64,000 nt of DNA from Convolutriloba macropyga (lineage: Eukaryota). The notes under the pieces are model-generated. The model was not told where the DNA came from, made no database searches, and saw only the letters and a program-made list of their open reading frames with translations. The translations under genes and the position numbers were made by a program. The stretch is from positions 36,766,001 to 36,830,000 of the forward strand of contig NC_134472.1 of assembly GCF_964194025.1 (NCBI RefSeq). The letters are read 5' to 3'. Of the stretch, positions 63,430 through 64,000 are shown piece after piece; positions within the stretch are counted from its first letter, which is position 1; the number at the start of each line of letters is the position of its first letter.

Positions 63430-64000
63430 ATAATTCAGTTTTTGTCACTCATTTACGTACGCAGCGAGAGAATAGTGTTTATTTTACATACCTGCTGGAA
63501 TGCAAAATACAATAAGATGTTACTGGCGATGAAGTGTAAGGTGTTGAATTTACGGTCGGCTAAGTAGGTTAACTGACGTATGCGCGGCAGTTTTAATTGA
63601 ACAGCATAATCGAATATTTAACCATCTAATTTATCTGAATGTGCTATGAGTTTTGGCGCTTCAAGCTTTGACTCATATCAGGAATGAACTTTTTGCGGGT
63701 TCTTCTGGCAGAATAAAAGATACCTTTTAACTCTAAATTTTTATTACTTCGTGTTGCAGAAGCTGGGTGTCCTGAGATTGGAACTTAAGCAGCGAGTTTT
63801 TTGGCTCAGATTAGAAGGCTCTACTTTTTATTTCGCTTTGATTTCGCATTTTTAAATTGCCCTCAAACGAAGTTTGAAGCTATTATTGTAAACGTGGTGT
63901 GTCTTGTTTTAATGCAAAATGTTTGCTTGACCGTTTTTTCTGCTTTTGTTCTAGAATATTCTTTGACTTCGTGAGTGACTTTTTTTACGCTTGAGTACTT

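Larger units (their letters stand above)
58426..64000 (+). repeat. Copy 2 of the RWDD4-containing duplication (possible alternate haplotype)
   Basis: Begins exactly at a gap; collinear with 45211-49966. Confidence 0.95.

Overview
AT-rich, intron-containing eukaryotic (invertebrate-like) genomic DNA with two N-gaps, mostly nested and decayed transposable elements. Two host genes are recognisable. METTL1/TRM8 (tRNA m7G46 methyltransferase) has 3 coding exons at 19578-27383 and a decayed duplicate of its first coding exon at ~12450. RWDD4 has 2 exons and a GC-AG intron and is present twice (48519-49373 and 62584-63429), probably an uncollapsed haplotype or a recent duplication. Mobile DNA includes a decayed BEL/Pao element, a full-length Ty1/copia element (407-bp LTRs, TTTAA TSD, half-tRNAiMet PBS) inserted into a CRE-like non-LTR element, several CR1/L2-group LINE fragments, a Penelope-like element, Helentron/DINE-1-like non-autonomous elements, GG-ended MITEs and tRNA-like Pol III elements. 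Two observations stand out. (1) The Penelope-like RT carries a PHD finger in frame with YVDD, between the GLAM and YVDD palm motifs. (2) An intact, intronless 279-aa ORF with an HUH-like motif, TATA box, poly(A) signal and flanking hairpins sits inside METTL1 intron 1. All calls come from reading the sequence by eye; no database searches were run.
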